IMG/VR virus record: IMGVR_UViG_3300011339_000564
Span: 14,318-78,317 of that record
Reading direction: 5' to 3' (one strand)
DNA from: a virus
Taxonomy: Duplodnaviria; Heunggongvirae; Uroviricota; Caudoviricetes
Length of the DNA stretch: 64,000 nt
Below are positions 19,742 through 29,858 of this stretch, piece by piece. The stretch's first letter is position 1, and each line of letters opens with the position of its first letter. Under the pieces are notes generated by a model. It searched no databases. It was given only the letters and a program-made list of their open reading frames with translations, and was not told the origin of the DNA. Position numbers and translations under genes: made by a program.

Positions 19742-19981
19742 ATGAAAGAACATATCTACACATCATCCAAAGGAGAGAGTTTTTTATCATGGGATGATTG
19801 GGCACTCCAAACACTAAACGAAAGTGATTTGAGTGTTTATCTTAGCCCCCAAGTAGAAGGTTCAACATTATCTGCTGATAAATTGGCTTTATATGCACGT
19901 TGGGTAGACGAAGAACAAATATTAACACACGTTGTTAAAGAAGATGATGTTATAATACAACAATCAAATGCACTCAAGTAA
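19742..19981 (+). CDS. hypothetical small protein (start moved to the internal ATG at 19742)
   Basis: AAGGA lies upstream of the ATG at 19742. The track start at 19712 lacks an SD. Confidence 0.4.
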   Translation: MKEHIYTSSKGESFLSWDDWALQTLNESDLSVYLSPQVEGSTLSADKLALYARWVDEEQILTHVVKEDDVIIQQSNALK

Positions 19982-20540
19982 TTTTATTACAGAATCTGCC
20001 GTAGATGAGTTAGCAAAAAAACTACCCTCATTGACTAAACACGACTATGATACCATTGATACATTAATGAGAAGTATTGCCAGTAGACATAGCATGAGTG
20101 GTAATGCATTACATGATTTGTTTGTAAAAAAATATAAAAGAACACCCGATAACTGGATTAAACATAAATTAGACGAAGGTGATGATTCAGATTTGCAACA
20201 AGAAGTTGATAAATTCTGCGATTGGGCATGTAAACGATTGCATATAAAATCTAAACCTGAAATTGAACTCAGTATGGATACTGAAGAAGCACAAAATAAT
20301 CATCATACAGGTGGTCATCAAATGGGCGCTGATAGTATTTGGGTATATGTAAATAATCGTAACCTAGTTGATATACTACGCACAGTATTTCATGAATTGG
20401 TTCATGTGCGCCAAGGTGAATTAGATATGATTAAGCCGGGTGATAGTTACCCAGGTAGCCCAATTGAAGCAATGGCAGATATGCTTGCGGGCAAATACAT
20501 CAAAATTTATGGTGAACAGAACCATCATATCTTTCAATAA
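19968..20540 (+). CDS. putative small zinc metallopeptidase (HExxH)
   Basis: FHELVHVRQGE contains HExxH in a short (190 aa) protein. Confidence 0.45.
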   Translation: MHSSNFITESAVDELAKKLPSLTKHDYDTIDTLMRSIASRHSMSGNALHDLFVKKYKRTPDNWIKHKLDEGDDSDLQQEVDKFCDWACKRLHIKSKPEIELSMDTEEAQNNHHTGGHQMGADSIWVYVNNRNLVDILRTVFHELVHVRQGELDMIKPGDSYPGSPIEAMADMLAGKYIKIYGEQNHHIFQ

Positions 20541-20560
20541 TTGATTATTTGTGCTATAAT
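20532..20560 (+). promoter_or_regulatory. sigma70-like promoter (TTTCAA-17-TATAAT). The ATG at 20567 is 6-7 nt downstream, so the transcript is probably leaderless.
   Basis: TATAAT at 20555-20560. The -35-like hexamer TTTCAA sits 17 nt upstream. Confidence 0.4.
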
Positions 20561-20566
20561 GCACAG

Positions 20567-21163
20567 ATGATTAAGATTACAGTTCCATTACCCAAACAAA
20601 TTACTGTTGCATGTAGCGGCGGTGTTGATAGTATGGCTGTAGTTGACTTTCTAAGTCGCAAACACGATGTAACTATTGCCCATTTTAATCATAGAACACA
20701 AAACGGTGAACGTGCCGCCCAATTTGTTTCTGGGTATTGTGGTGATAATAATATTCCTATGCTATACGGATCACCTCGCAGTGAACGCGGAACAAAAGAA
20801 TCAATGGAAGAATATTGGCGCAGAGAACGATATGAATTCCTAAGCGAATTAGGACCGGTCATCACTTGTCATCATCTGGATGACTGTGTTGAGACATATG
20901 TTTGGTCTAGTTTACATGGTACAGCCAAAGTTATCCCACTCACTCGCAAAAATGTATTGCGCCCATTTTTAACTACACGTAAGAGTGAATTTGTTCGATG
21001 GTGTGAACAACATAAAGTTCCTTGGATTGAGGACGAATCAAACAAAGATACCAAATACACAAGAAATTACATTCGCAACGAAATGATGCCACATATATTG
21101 AAAGTCAATCCGGGCATTCATACTTTGGTCAAGAAGATTGTAGAAGGTAAGCAAAATACTTGA
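20567..21163 (+). CDS. tilS: TilS-like PP-loop ATPase: the tRNA(Ile)-lysidine synthetase catalytic domain only (about 198 aa)
   Basis: SGGVDS PP-loop. CHHLDDCVETYVW matches the TilS AHHLDDQxETFL block. RPFL...WIEDESNKDTKYTRNYIRNEMMP matches TilS RPLL...WIEDESNQD..Y.RN.LR. It lacks the QueC C-terminal Zn cysteines, so it is not QueC. Confidence 0.7.
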   Translation: MIKITVPLPKQITVACSGGVDSMAVVDFLSRKHDVTIAHFNHRTQNGERAAQFVSGYCGDNNIPMLYGSPRSERGTKESMEEYWRRERYEFLSELGPVITCHHLDDCVETYVWSSLHGTAKVIPLTRKNVLRPFLTTRKSEFVRWCEQHKVPWIEDESNKDTKYTRNYIRNEMMPHILKVNPGIHTLVKKIVEGKQNT

Positions 21164-21187
21164 CTTCTCTACGCAAGCCAAGTACAA
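21159..21187 (+). promoter_or_regulatory. sigma70-like promoter TTGACT-17-TACAAT
   Basis: Hexamers with 17-nt spacing. Followed by AAGGAG and the ATG at 21212. Confidence 0.5.
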
Positions 21188-21211
21188 TAACTAATTATTT
21201 AAGGAGAAACT

Positions 21212-21478
21212 ATGTCAGATTATAACAGAACCTTTAACGGTGAGGCAAAAATTAAACTAACTCAACTAGTAAATGAGGGCATGACAGTCCTACATGAGAT
21301 TGATACATTGAATGGTGGATTGAATGACACTATTAAAGCAGTCGCAGAAGAACTTGAAATCAAGGCTTCTACTTTGAAGAAAGCAATTAAAATTGCTCAC
21401 AAAGCAAGTCTCGGTCAGACTAACAAAGACCACGATGAACTCAACACTATCTTGGAAACTGTGGGCAAAACACTTTGA
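21212..21478 (+). CDS. hypothetical protein (88 aa)
   Basis: Strong SD (AAGGAG) and ORF. Confidence 0.5.
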   Translation: MSDYNRTFNGEAKIKLTQLVNEGMTVLHEIDTLNGGLNDTIKAVAEELEIKASTLKKAIKIAHKASLGQTNKDHDELNTILETVGKTL

Positions 21479-24183
21479 GTTACGTTGACGCTATTCATAG
21501 TAGGGATGAAGACCGTATCTACGTGGTAGAACGTGATAAGAATGGCGTACGCCAGTATAAAGAATATCCTACTAACTATGTGTTGTATTACCCTGACCAC
21601 AAGGGTAAACATCGTAGTATCTATGGCAATCCAGTTAGTCGTTTCAGTACACGCAAACGCACCGAGTTTGAAAAAGAAAAGCGCATCCACTCAGGTAAAA
21701 CATTGTTTGAATCTGATATCAATGTAGTCTTTCGTTGTCTAAGCGAAAACTATCTTAAAGTTGATGCACCTAACCTTCATACTTGCTTCTTTGACATTGA
21801 AGTGGACTTTGATCCAGTCAAAGGATTCAGTCCTACAAGTGATCCATTCAATCCCGTAACTGCTATCAGTTGTTACTTAGATTGGCTTGACCAATGTATT
21901 ACATTAGTTATTGCTCCTAAGCACATGACCACTGAGACTGCGTGGGAAATAGTTAGAGAGTTTCCTAATTGTTTTCTTTGCAATAACGAAAAGGAAATGT
22001 TTGATACATTCTTTGAATTAATTGAAGATGCTGATGTATTAACTGGCTGGAACTCAGAAGGATACGATATTCCATATATGGTCAATCGTGTTACTAGAGT
22101 AATGAGTAAAGATGATACACGCAAGTTTTGCTTGATGGGTCAGCTTCCTAAACCTCGTGAGTACGAACGATTTGGTAAGAAAGAAATGACTTACGATTTA
22201 GTCGGTAGAATTCACCTTGACTATTTACAACTTTACAAAAAGTATAACTATGAATCTCGACATTCATATAAGTTAGATGCTATCGGTGAGATGGAAGTTG
22301 GTGAAAACAAAACACAATATGAAGGTACTCTTGACCAGTTGTATAACAAAGACTTTAAAAAGTTCATTGAATACAATAGGCAAGATACAATGTTGTTGGT
22401 GAAGATTCACAACAAACTTAAGTTTTTAGAATTAGCTAATCAACTTGCACACGAAAATACAGTACTGCTTCCAACAGTAATGGGTTCAGTGGCAATGATT
22501 GAGATGGCAATTTTTAATGAGGCCCACGAACGTGGGTTAGTTGTCCCAGATAAAAAACGAAAGGTTGAAAATGCAGAAGAAATCCAGCAGGCAGCAGGTG
22601 CCTATGTTGCTACGCCCAAAAGAGGTATGCACGAATGGGTCGGCGCCGTCGACATTAACTCGCTCTATCCCTCGGTTATTCGTGCCGTCAACATGGGAGG
22701 AGAAACGATTGTCGCACAAGTCAGACAAACATTAACCGATCACTACATAAAAGAAAAGGGTCGTAATCTTGCTGAAGGAAAGAAATATTTCAAAGAAGGT
22801 GATGAAGATGTGACTGGTGCTATATTATGGGAGAACTTGTTCGGCTCATTAGAATATACTGCTATTATGAACCAAGAGCGTGGCACAATGCTTACTGTAG
22901 ATTACGAAGATGGTCGTAGTGAAGAAATGAGTGCGGCAGAAGTATGGAAGATGATTTTTGATAGTCACAAACCCTGGATGCTCTCTGCAAACGGAACAAT
23001 CTTCACATATGAAAAAGAAGGTGTTGTTCCTGGTCTACTCACACGCTGGTATACAGAACGTAAAGTAATTCAAAAACAAGCAAAAGAAGCATATGGCACA
23101 GATATGTATGATTATTACGACAAGCGACAACTAGTTCGTAAGATTTTATTGAACTCCGCGTATGGTGCATTGTTGAACGAACATTGTCGTTTCTATGATA
23201 AGCGCATTGGTCAAAGTGTTACATTGAGTGGGCGTCAAATCGTGCGACACATGATGAGTACAATCAATGAATCAGTAACTGGTGATTATAATCACGAAGG
23301 TCCTGCAATTGTTTATGGTGATACTGACTCATGTTATTTCACAGCATATCCTATTCTTAAACAGCAAATTGAGAGTGGCGAACTAACTTGGGATAAAGAA
23401 ACTTGTATCGGATTGTATGATGGCATCGCTGACCAAGCTAATGAATCGTTCCCTGCATTTATGGAACGTGCATTTCATGCACCTCGCAAGAATGGTGAGA
23501 TTATTAAAGCTGGTCGTGAACTGATCGGTGATCGTAGTATCTTTATCACTAAGAAACGTTATGCTATTAACATCTTTGACAAAGAGGGCAAGCGTAAAGA
23601 TAAAGACGGTGCTCTTGGTGATATCAAAGCTATGGGTCTTGACTTGAAACGTGCTGATACACCTAAGTATGTACAAGAATTCTTAATGGATGTGCTTGAG
23701 ATGGTTCTTCAACGAGGTAAAAATCGTGAGGATGTAATTGAACGTGTTAAGGAATTTAAACGTGTTATGGTAGCACAGGACAGCTGGACTAAAGGTTCTC
23801 CTAAATCAGTTAATAATTTAACTAAGCATACACAAATATTTGACAAAACAGGTAAGTGTGGTGTTGGTCACGCACGTGCCGCAATCAATTGGAACTATCT
23901 ACGCAGAATGAATGGGGACAACTACAGTCAACAAATTGTTGATGGTATGAAAATTATTGTATGTAAACTTAAATCTAACCCATTAGGCTTTAATAGTATT
24001 GCTTATCCGGTTGATGAATTACGATTGCCTACATGGTTCAAAGAATTACCATTTGACGATAGTGCAATGGAATCAACATTGGTTGATGAAAAGATTGACA
24101 ACTTGCTTGGTGTTCTTAATTGGGACATTAAGAGTAACATTGATGTTAAATCTACGTTTGATGACTTATTCAGTTTCGGTTAA
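21475..24183 (+). CDS. family B DNA polymerase with 3'-5' exonuclease domain
   Basis: Exo I FFDIEVD; Pol motif A DINSLYPSVI; motif B KILLNSAYGAL; motif C VYGDTDSCYF. Confidence 0.95.
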   Translation: MSYVDAIHSRDEDRIYVVERDKNGVRQYKEYPTNYVLYYPDHKGKHRSIYGNPVSRFSTRKRTEFEKEKRIHSGKTLFESDINVVFRCLSENYLKVDAPNLHTCFFDIEVDFDPVKGFSPTSDPFNPVTAISCYLDWLDQCITLVIAPKHMTTETAWEIVREFPNCFLCNNEKEMFDTFFELIEDADVLTGWNSEGYDIPYMVNRVTRVMSKDDTRKFCLMGQLPKPREYERFGKKEMTYDLVGRIHLDYLQLYKKYNYESRHSYKLDAIGEMEVGENKTQYEGTLDQLYNKDFKKFIEYNRQDTMLLVKIHNKLKFLELANQLAHENTVLLPTVMGSVAMIEMAIFNEAHERGLVVPDKKRKVENAEEIQQAAGAYVATPKRGMHEWVGAVDINSLYPSVIRAVNMGGETIVAQVRQTLTDHYIKEKGRNLAEGKKYFKEGDEDVTGAILWENLFGSLEYTAIMNQERGTMLTVDYEDGRSEEMSAAEVWKMIFDSHKPWMLSANGTIFTYEKEGVVPGLLTRWYTERKVIQKQAKEAYGTDMYDYYDKRQLVRKILLNSAYGALLNEHCRFYDKRIGQSVTLSGRQIVRHMMSTINESVTGDYNHEGPAIVYGDTDSCYFTAYPILKQQIESGELTWDKETCIGLYDGIADQANESFPAFMERAFHAPRKNGEIIKAGRELIGDRSIFITKKRYAINIFDKEGKRKDKDGALGDIKAMGLDLKRADTPKYVQEFLMDVLEMVLQRGKNREDVIERVKEFKRVMVAQDSWTKGSPKSVNNLTKHTQIFDKTGKCGVGHARAAINWNYLRRMNGDNYSQQIVDGMKIIVCKLKSNPLGFNSIAYPVDELRLPTWFKELPFDDSAMESTLVDEKIDNLLGVLNWDIKSNIDVKSTFDDLFSFG

Positions 24184-24191
24184 ATTGCTCA

Positions 24192-24220
24192 TTGACATTT
24201 GCAATAAATGCCATTATAAT
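24192..24220 (+). promoter_or_regulatory. sigma70 consensus promoter TTGACA-17-TATAAT
   Basis: Exact consensus hexamers. Followed by SD AAAGGAAA and the ATG at 24265. Confidence 0.6.
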
Positions 24221-24264
24221 ACACAACATAACTACCTAAATAGTACTATACATAAAGGAAAAAC

Positions 24265-24993
24265 ATGAAAGACTATCTTAAAGACTTAATCGACCATACA
24301 CATGGTCTTGGTATTGATTTGATTAAAATCACAGGTACCGACACAGAAACACAATTCAATGCTATTGCAGAAGATAAAAGTGTTATTGTTAGTGGAACAT
24401 TTAAAAACCCAATTCACGATTTCATCGGTGTATTTGGTATGCCTAACTTAAGCAAACTAAAAACAATCGTTGGCTTTGATGAGTATGATGAACATGCTAA
24501 AATCAATGTGTCTAAAACACAACGTGACGGTGAAGATGTTCCCGGAGCAATTCACTTTGAAACAAAGGCAGGTGACTTCATTAATGACTATCGTTTGATG
24601 TATAGAACAGTTGTTGAAGAAAAGATTAAATCTGTTGGCTTTAAAACTCCACCATGGAACGTTAGCTTTGAGCCTACTATTGCTGGCATTCAACGTTTGA
24701 AAAAACAAGCAAGTGCTAATAGCGAAGAAGAACATTTTGTTGCAAAAACTGACGGTGATGACTTGAAATACTATTTTGGTGACCCATCAACACACAGTGG
24801 TAGTTTTGTGTTTCATCCACAAGTAGGTGGTACATTATCTAAGAGTTGGTACTGGCCTGTTAAACAGGTTATTGGCATCATGGATCTAGTCGGTGATAAA
24901 ATTGTTCGTATCAGTGATGCTGGTGCAACAGAAATTATTGTTGATAGTGGTTTAGCTACATATTGCTATAGACTCCCAGCACAAGCAAAATGA
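24265..24993 (+). CDS. hypothetical protein (242 aa). A sliding-clamp-like role is possible from position and size only.
   Basis: ORF directly downstream of the polymerase. No motif support. Confidence 0.45.
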   Translation: MKDYLKDLIDHTHGLGIDLIKITGTDTETQFNAIAEDKSVIVSGTFKNPIHDFIGVFGMPNLSKLKTIVGFDEYDEHAKINVSKTQRDGEDVPGAIHFETKAGDFINDYRLMYRTVVEEKIKSVGFKTPPWNVSFEPTIAGIQRLKKQASANSEEEHFVAKTDGDDLKYYFGDPSTHSGSFVFHPQVGGTLSKSWYWPVKQVIGIMDLVGDKIVRISDAGATEIIVDSGLATYCYRLPAQAK

Positions 24994-25382
24994 TAGACTA
25001 TATACATGGTGGCGAGTATCTTAATGTTGTTAGTAACAAAGGTGCTCAGCCTTATATCAATATGAGTAGTACTCAGCCCATGATTGGTGCATTGTCTTAT
25101 GACCATAGTAGTCAACATATGAAAGTATATGATGGTAATGGGTGGATGACTATTGGCGGTGGCAGTGCTACTGTCAATCTAGCACCAAATGCTATCAATA
25201 TTTTAAAGTGGGCTGAACAGAAAATGCTAGAAGAAGCCGAGCGCAACAAATTAGCAGAAACAACCCCCGCTATTAGAGATTTGATGGACCAGATAAAAGA
25301 AAAAGAAGAACAGATAAAAATGGTCATGACTTTAATTAAAAGTACTGGTAATGATGCAATTAAACCCTCAATGGTACCCTAA
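24990..25382 (+). CDS. hypothetical protein (130 aa)
   Basis: ORF with overlapping stop/start codons. Confidence 0.5.
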   Translation: MIDYIHGGEYLNVVSNKGAQPYINMSSTQPMIGALSYDHSSQHMKVYDGNGWMTIGGGSATVNLAPNAINILKWAEQKMLEEAERNKLAETTPAIRDLMDQIKEKEEQIKMVMTLIKSTGNDAIKPSMVP

Positions 25383-26935
25383 TGGAACAAGATAATCTAT
25401 CAGCAAAACAAAACCCAGAGTGGGCATTGTTCTTACCCGCAGTTAGTAGTTTTTATATTAGTGGTTTGGGTAAGCAACGTAAAGGTGAGGAGTACTTTGA
25501 TAAGGCTCGTATCCCTACTCAGTTCAACGGTGATGTTGAGAAATTAAATTTCTTAAACAGTAGTGAAGGTCTCTATTATTATAAATGGGGCTTGTACAGT
25601 GCTGGTCACGCTAACTTAGATACTACTAAAGACGATGCTAGTGAATCAATCATTAGAGAACGTGAAGAAGGTACATTTATGTTGGGTGACAGTGGTGGAT
25701 TTCAGATTCTTAAAGGTCAATGGCCAGCAGACTGGAAAGATCCTAACTGCCCACGTGCTATGATTAAGCGTAAAGCTGTGTTGAATTGGATGGATACATA
25801 TATGGATTATGGTATGTGTTTAGATATCCCAAGTCAATCACTAACAACGTTTGGCATGAAAGATAAGAATGGTAATAGTCTGCATGGTATCAGTACTATT
25901 GAAGAAGCTATTACTGCCACTCACATTAACAACGAATACTTTATTAAGAATCGTAATGGGAAATGTAAGTTCTTAAATGTACTTCAAGGTCGTAATCATG
26001 GTCAGTCGGAAGACTGGTACAATGAAATGAAGAAGTACTGTGATCCAAACGTATATCCGGACAATCATTTCAATGGCTGGGCATTCGGTGGTCAGAACAA
26101 GATTGATGTACACTTGATGTTAACACGTATGGTTGATATTATCCATGATGGATTGTTGGTAGAAGGTAAACATGATTTGATTCATTGTTTGGGTACAAGT
26201 ATCTTAGAGTATGCGGTATTGTTTACTGATATTCAAAAAGCTATACGTAAATATCATAACTCAAAACTTCAGATTACATTTGACTGTGCTAGTCCATTTT
26301 ATAGTGCGGCTAAAGGATTAGCATATTTCAATACTAACATTGAGCATAATAAAAAATGGTCATACAGTATGGAAAAGACTGCTGAAAAGAAAAGTTATGC
26401 TAATGATACACGTAAATACCGTGATGCTGTGTTAGCAGAAGGCATCCATAAACTCTTTACAGATAGTCCAGTTACTGATAAACTACTACTTAAGGACATG
26501 TGTTATCGTGGTCAAGGGTTCATAGGACAACATGGTAAAGAAACTAAAACTAGTTGGGATACATTAAGTTACACATTGATTCAAAGTCATAATGTTTGGA
26601 TGCATATGAATGCAGTTCAAGAGGCTAATCGTCAATATGAAACAGGTATTACTCCTAAAATGCTTATTCATAAATTTGAAGGTAGTAAGTTTTTTGGTGA
26701 AATAGTTGATGAAATTTTCTCAAAGAAAACTAAACAAGAAGCTATTGACTTGATTGATTATCATCGTAGTTATTGGATGCAATTTCAATCAGGTAGTCAG
26801 GGTATTAGTGGTAAGCGTACAGTTAATGCTATGACAATGTTTGACCAATTATTTGAAGTAAATACAGATGAACCGGAAGTTGATGAAGTCATTGAGGACA
26901 GTGATGATGAAATTTTCAAAGTACTAGGAGAATAA
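25382..26935 (+). CDS. dpdA: DpdA-like DNA transglycosylase (TGT / tRNA-guanine transglycosylase superfamily)
   Basis: FMLGDSGGFQ matches the TGT catalytic-Asp motif (DSGGFQ). ITFDCASPF matches the TGT second catalytic Asp block (MFDCVxPT). No CxCxxC zinc site, as in many phage DpdAs. Confidence 0.7.
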   Translation: MEQDNLSAKQNPEWALFLPAVSSFYISGLGKQRKGEEYFDKARIPTQFNGDVEKLNFLNSSEGLYYYKWGLYSAGHANLDTTKDDASESIIREREEGTFMLGDSGGFQILKGQWPADWKDPNCPRAMIKRKAVLNWMDTYMDYGMCLDIPSQSLTTFGMKDKNGNSLHGISTIEEAITATHINNEYFIKNRNGKCKFLNVLQGRNHGQSEDWYNEMKKYCDPNVYPDNHFNGWAFGGQNKIDVHLMLTRMVDIIHDGLLVEGKHDLIHCLGTSILEYAVLFTDIQKAIRKYHNSKLQITFDCASPFYSAAKGLAYFNTNIEHNKKWSYSMEKTAEKKSYANDTRKYRDAVLAEGIHKLFTDSPVTDKLLLKDMCYRGQGFIGQHGKETKTSWDTLSYTLIQSHNVWMHMNAVQEANRQYETGITPKMLIHKFEGSKFFGEIVDEIFSKKTKQEAIDLIDYHRSYWMQFQSGSQGISGKRTVNAMTMFDQLFEVNTDEPEVDEVIEDSDDEIFKVLGE

Positions 26936-26936
26936 T

Positions 26937-27146
26937 ATGCCATATAAAAGCCGTATTAAAACATTAGAAGAATCACATAGATTAGTAGAAAATCAACTTT
27001 TTCAATTAGAAAAATCAAATGGTGATCCTGAAAAAATTAAAAAGTTGAGAGAGGCTAAGGAAAAGTATTTCACTGAATTACGTGCAATGAATCGGGCTCA
27101 ATGGGATCATGACCATGAAACTGTAGATTTGAACGATGACCGATGA
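26937..27146 (+). CDS. hypothetical small protein (69 aa)
   Basis: ORF with SD and overlap. Confidence 0.45.
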   Translation: MPYKSRIKTLEESHRLVENQLFQLEKSNGDPEKIKKLREAKEKYFTELRAMNRAQWDHDHETVDLNDDR

Positions 27147-27711
27147 TATTAAATTAATTCCCAATATACTAAAACCAGAGGTAGAGTGGGATATTAATAA
27201 ACGAGTTATTGTTATTGATAACGCAATTAGCCCGGATATGTGTGATAGTATTATTAATTTTGCAACTGATAGAGTAGCAAAAGGAGTAAACAAATATCCA
27301 CATGTATTTGGTATTAGTTTTCATTCATGTCTACTTCAGTTAGAACATGAAGTTCATCAATTGTTGCAACCAATATGGCAACAATCAATTAATCAATTGG
27401 GATTTGATATTGATTTCGTTGAACCATATGAAGTTAAAAAGTATACTTCTAAAGATTTCTTTGGTAAACACGTAGATAATTACTACAGTTTGACCAAAGA
27501 CATAGACAGAAAGATAACAATGAGTGTACAATTGACTGACAAATCAGAATATACTGGTGGTGAGCTATTAGTGTTAGGTAGAGACATGGGTGCTAAGTCT
27601 AAAGGTAGCGTCACTGTGTTTCCTAGCATTTTTTCACATGAAGTAAAACCCATTACTTTTGGTACACGATGGTCATTAATAAGTTGGGCTTGGGGCCCTT
27701 ATTGGAAATAA
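27136..27711 (+). CDS. 2OG-Fe(II) oxygenase-like protein
   Basis: HVDN (HxD) plus a distal SHEV...R (second His/Arg), spaced as in prolyl-hydroxylase-type dioxygenases. Confidence 0.5.
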   Translation: MTDDIKLIPNILKPEVEWDINKRVIVIDNAISPDMCDSIINFATDRVAKGVNKYPHVFGISFHSCLLQLEHEVHQLLQPIWQQSINQLGFDIDFVEPYEVKKYTSKDFFGKHVDNYYSLTKDIDRKITMSVQLTDKSEYTGGELLVLGRDMGAKSKGSVTVFPSIFSHEVKPITFGTRWSLISWAWGPYWK

Positions 27712-27712
27712 C

Positions 27713-28165
27713 ATGGAACAACATATTCAAGCAGAAACAGAAAAACGAGTACGCATTAAGCATCATGCAAAGCGTATGATTTTCGTAACATTTCAAAAAG
27801 AGGGTATTCATATGTACCCGGCGGCGGCAACAGATCCAGCACTCGCAACGGGTGATGAATATGATGTTCGCTTTTTAGGAACTCCACATCGTCACATCTT
27901 TCACTTTAACGTGGCGATTGAAGTATTTCACAACGACAGGGATATTGAATTCATTCAATTTAAACGCTGGTTAGAGAATCTCTATAAAGGCGGTACACTT
28001 GAATTGAATTACAAGAGTTGTGAAATGATTAGTGATGACCTCTATGAAGTTATTGCTACTCGCTATCCCGATCGTAACATTGAGATTACCGTCAGTGAAG
28101 ATGGTGAGAACGGTGCTACGATTTATTACAACACAATTAGACCTTATCTTTCAACCGCTATTTAA
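27713..28165 (+). CDS. hypothetical protein (150 aa)
   Basis: ORF. Confidence 0.5.
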   Translation: MEQHIQAETEKRVRIKHHAKRMIFVTFQKEGIHMYPAAATDPALATGDEYDVRFLGTPHRHIFHFNVAIEVFHNDRDIEFIQFKRWLENLYKGGTLELNYKSCEMISDDLYEVIATRYPDRNIEITVSEDGENGATIYYNTIRPYLSTAI

Positions 28166-28177
28166 AGGATTATCAAA

Positions 28178-28384
28178 ATGGCAAAACCAACATTTCAAAC
28201 TAACCCACGTGTTCATCAAATATTTGAGGACTTGGAAAAGTATCTTGAATTCTGTCAAGAGTATGGATATAAGTATAATGAGGCAGACCTCTATGACCAA
28301 CGCAGTTATGTGTTTCGTCAGTTTGCAAAATGCATGACAGGTAAGCCTGCAAAAAATCAATGGACAGAACACTCACGTCCATGA
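28178..28384 (+). CDS. hypothetical small protein (68 aa)
   Basis: AAGGA SD lies upstream. Confidence 0.4.
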   Translation: MAKPTFQTNPRVHQIFEDLEKYLEFCQEYGYKYNEADLYDQRSYVFRQFAKCMTGKPAKNQWTEHSRP

Positions 28385-29133
28385 AGATAGTATTAGTAAC
28401 TGGTGGATTTGATCCATTACACAGCGGTCATATTGAATATTTCAAAGCCGCAAAACAACTCGGTGTCAAGTTAGTTGTCGGGGTAAACAGTGATGCATGG
28501 TTGGCTCGTAAAAAGGGCCAACCTTTTATGCCTAGCATTGAGCGTATGTCAATAATTGAAAATTTAAAAATGGTAGATCATTGTGTTATCTTTAATGATG
28601 ATGATGGTTCTAGTATTGAAGCTATCAATAATGTAAAGATGATGTATCCTGATTCTGAAATCATCTTTGCTAATGGAGGGGATAGAACATCAGCCAACAT
28701 TCCAGAAATGATCTTTGATGATGTAGAATTTGTTTTTGGTGTAGGTGGCGAGAATAAAATGAACAGTAGTTCATGGATACTACGTGAATGGAAACAACCT
28801 AAAACATTGCGGCAATGGGGTTATTATCGTATACTACATGATGTGCCCGGGACTAAAGTAAAAGAACTAACAGTAGAATCTGGAAAGAGTTTGAGTTTAC
28901 AACGACACAAACATAGAGCAGAATACTGGCATGTATCAGAGGGAAGATGTGCAGTAGAACAAAGAATGCCTAATGGCTATCAACTACCTACTCTAGAATT
29001 AGATACACTAAGTCAAATAGTTATTCCTATGAATGATTGGCATAGGCTATACAATCCGTTTGATGTCCCATGTAGAATTATTGAAGTTCAATATGGTACT
29101 ATGTGCGAAGAAGAAGATATAGAACGCAAATGA
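28360..29133 (+). CDS. bifunctional-looking cytidylyltransferase-fold nucleotidyltransferase with a C-terminal cupin (PMI type II-like) domain
   Basis: VLVTGGFDPLHSGHIEYF (HxGH). C-terminal QRHKHRAEYWHVSEGRCAVE matches the cupin motif of mannose-6-P isomerase/GMP domains. Confidence 0.6.
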   Translation: MDRTLTSMKIVLVTGGFDPLHSGHIEYFKAAKQLGVKLVVGVNSDAWLARKKGQPFMPSIERMSIIENLKMVDHCVIFNDDDGSSIEAINNVKMMYPDSEIIFANGGDRTSANIPEMIFDDVEFVFGVGGENKMNSSSWILREWKQPKTLRQWGYYRILHDVPGTKVKELTVESGKSLSLQRHKHRAEYWHVSEGRCAVEQRMPNGYQLPTLELDTLSQIVIPMNDWHRLYNPFDVPCRIIEVQYGTMCEEEDIERK

Positions 29134-29858
29134 ATCGTGCTATCTGTGCCCCGTGCGGTGGTTTAATGAATCATGTCAGATGGTTAACATTAATGTCATC
29201 TGAATTTAAACTTCCTTTTAAAGGTAAGTTAGAATTTATGAAGGGTGTTTACGCTACCAACAGATCGCCATTTGTATGGTTAAAAAATGAATATTTTTAT
29301 AGGGAACGACCTTTTATAAAGGATTTGGTATTTGGAACTCATCACATTGAAGACTGCCTAACATTAGAAAGTCCTAGAAAAATTTTAATATTGGTTCCTT
29401 CCCCTGAATTAAGTTTCACCCATTATTTAAAGTTTAATCCATCATTGAATGGATTATTAAAACTACGAATCAATCAGCCCTACCTTACAGTAGAAGATAT
29501 AAAAAATCTGTATTTGCTTGGCATTTCGGATCACAATTACCGTAATAAGTTGCATGATACCTCAACTAATGATATAATTACTTCAAATATTGATAAATTA
29601 TATACTAATAGAGAATTAGATGTGGACACGTATCGTACTATAACTGATTTTTTTGAGATATCAAATGAATACAACTTAGCAAATGAAGTTCACAATATGT
29701 GGTTTGATTTACAAGAACATGGTAAAAAATTAATGCTAACACTCTCAGAAAACGCAAAAGATGTAGAGAATTATTGGAGATTGAATCATATTGAAGCAAT
29801 CAACCAATCTGATTATAATATTGCACTTAAACTTATTAAAGAGACATACGGAGAATAA
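29130..29858 (+). CDS. hypothetical protein (242 aa from the ATG at 29130)
   Basis: ORF. Internal ATG chosen to give an ATGA overlap with the previous stop. Confidence 0.45.
   Translation: MNRAICAPCGGLMNHVRWLTLMSSEFKLPFKGKLEFMKGVYATNRSPFVWLKNEYFYRERPFIKDLVFGTHHIEDCLTLESPRKILILVPSPELSFTHYLKFNPSLNGLLKLRINQPYLTVEDIKNLYLLGISDHNYRNKLHDTSTNDIITSNIDKLYTNRELDVDTYRTITDFFEISNEYNLANEVHNMWFDLQEHGKKLMLTLSENAKDVENYWRLNHIEAINQSDYNIALKLIKETYGE

Noticed and set aside
20549-21163. Initial thought that the SGGxDS PP-loop protein was QueC completing the preQ0 pathway
   Set aside because: It lacks QueC's C-terminal Zn-binding cysteines. Its conserved blocks (HHLDDxxET, RPxL, WxEDESNxD, RNxIR) match TilS instead.
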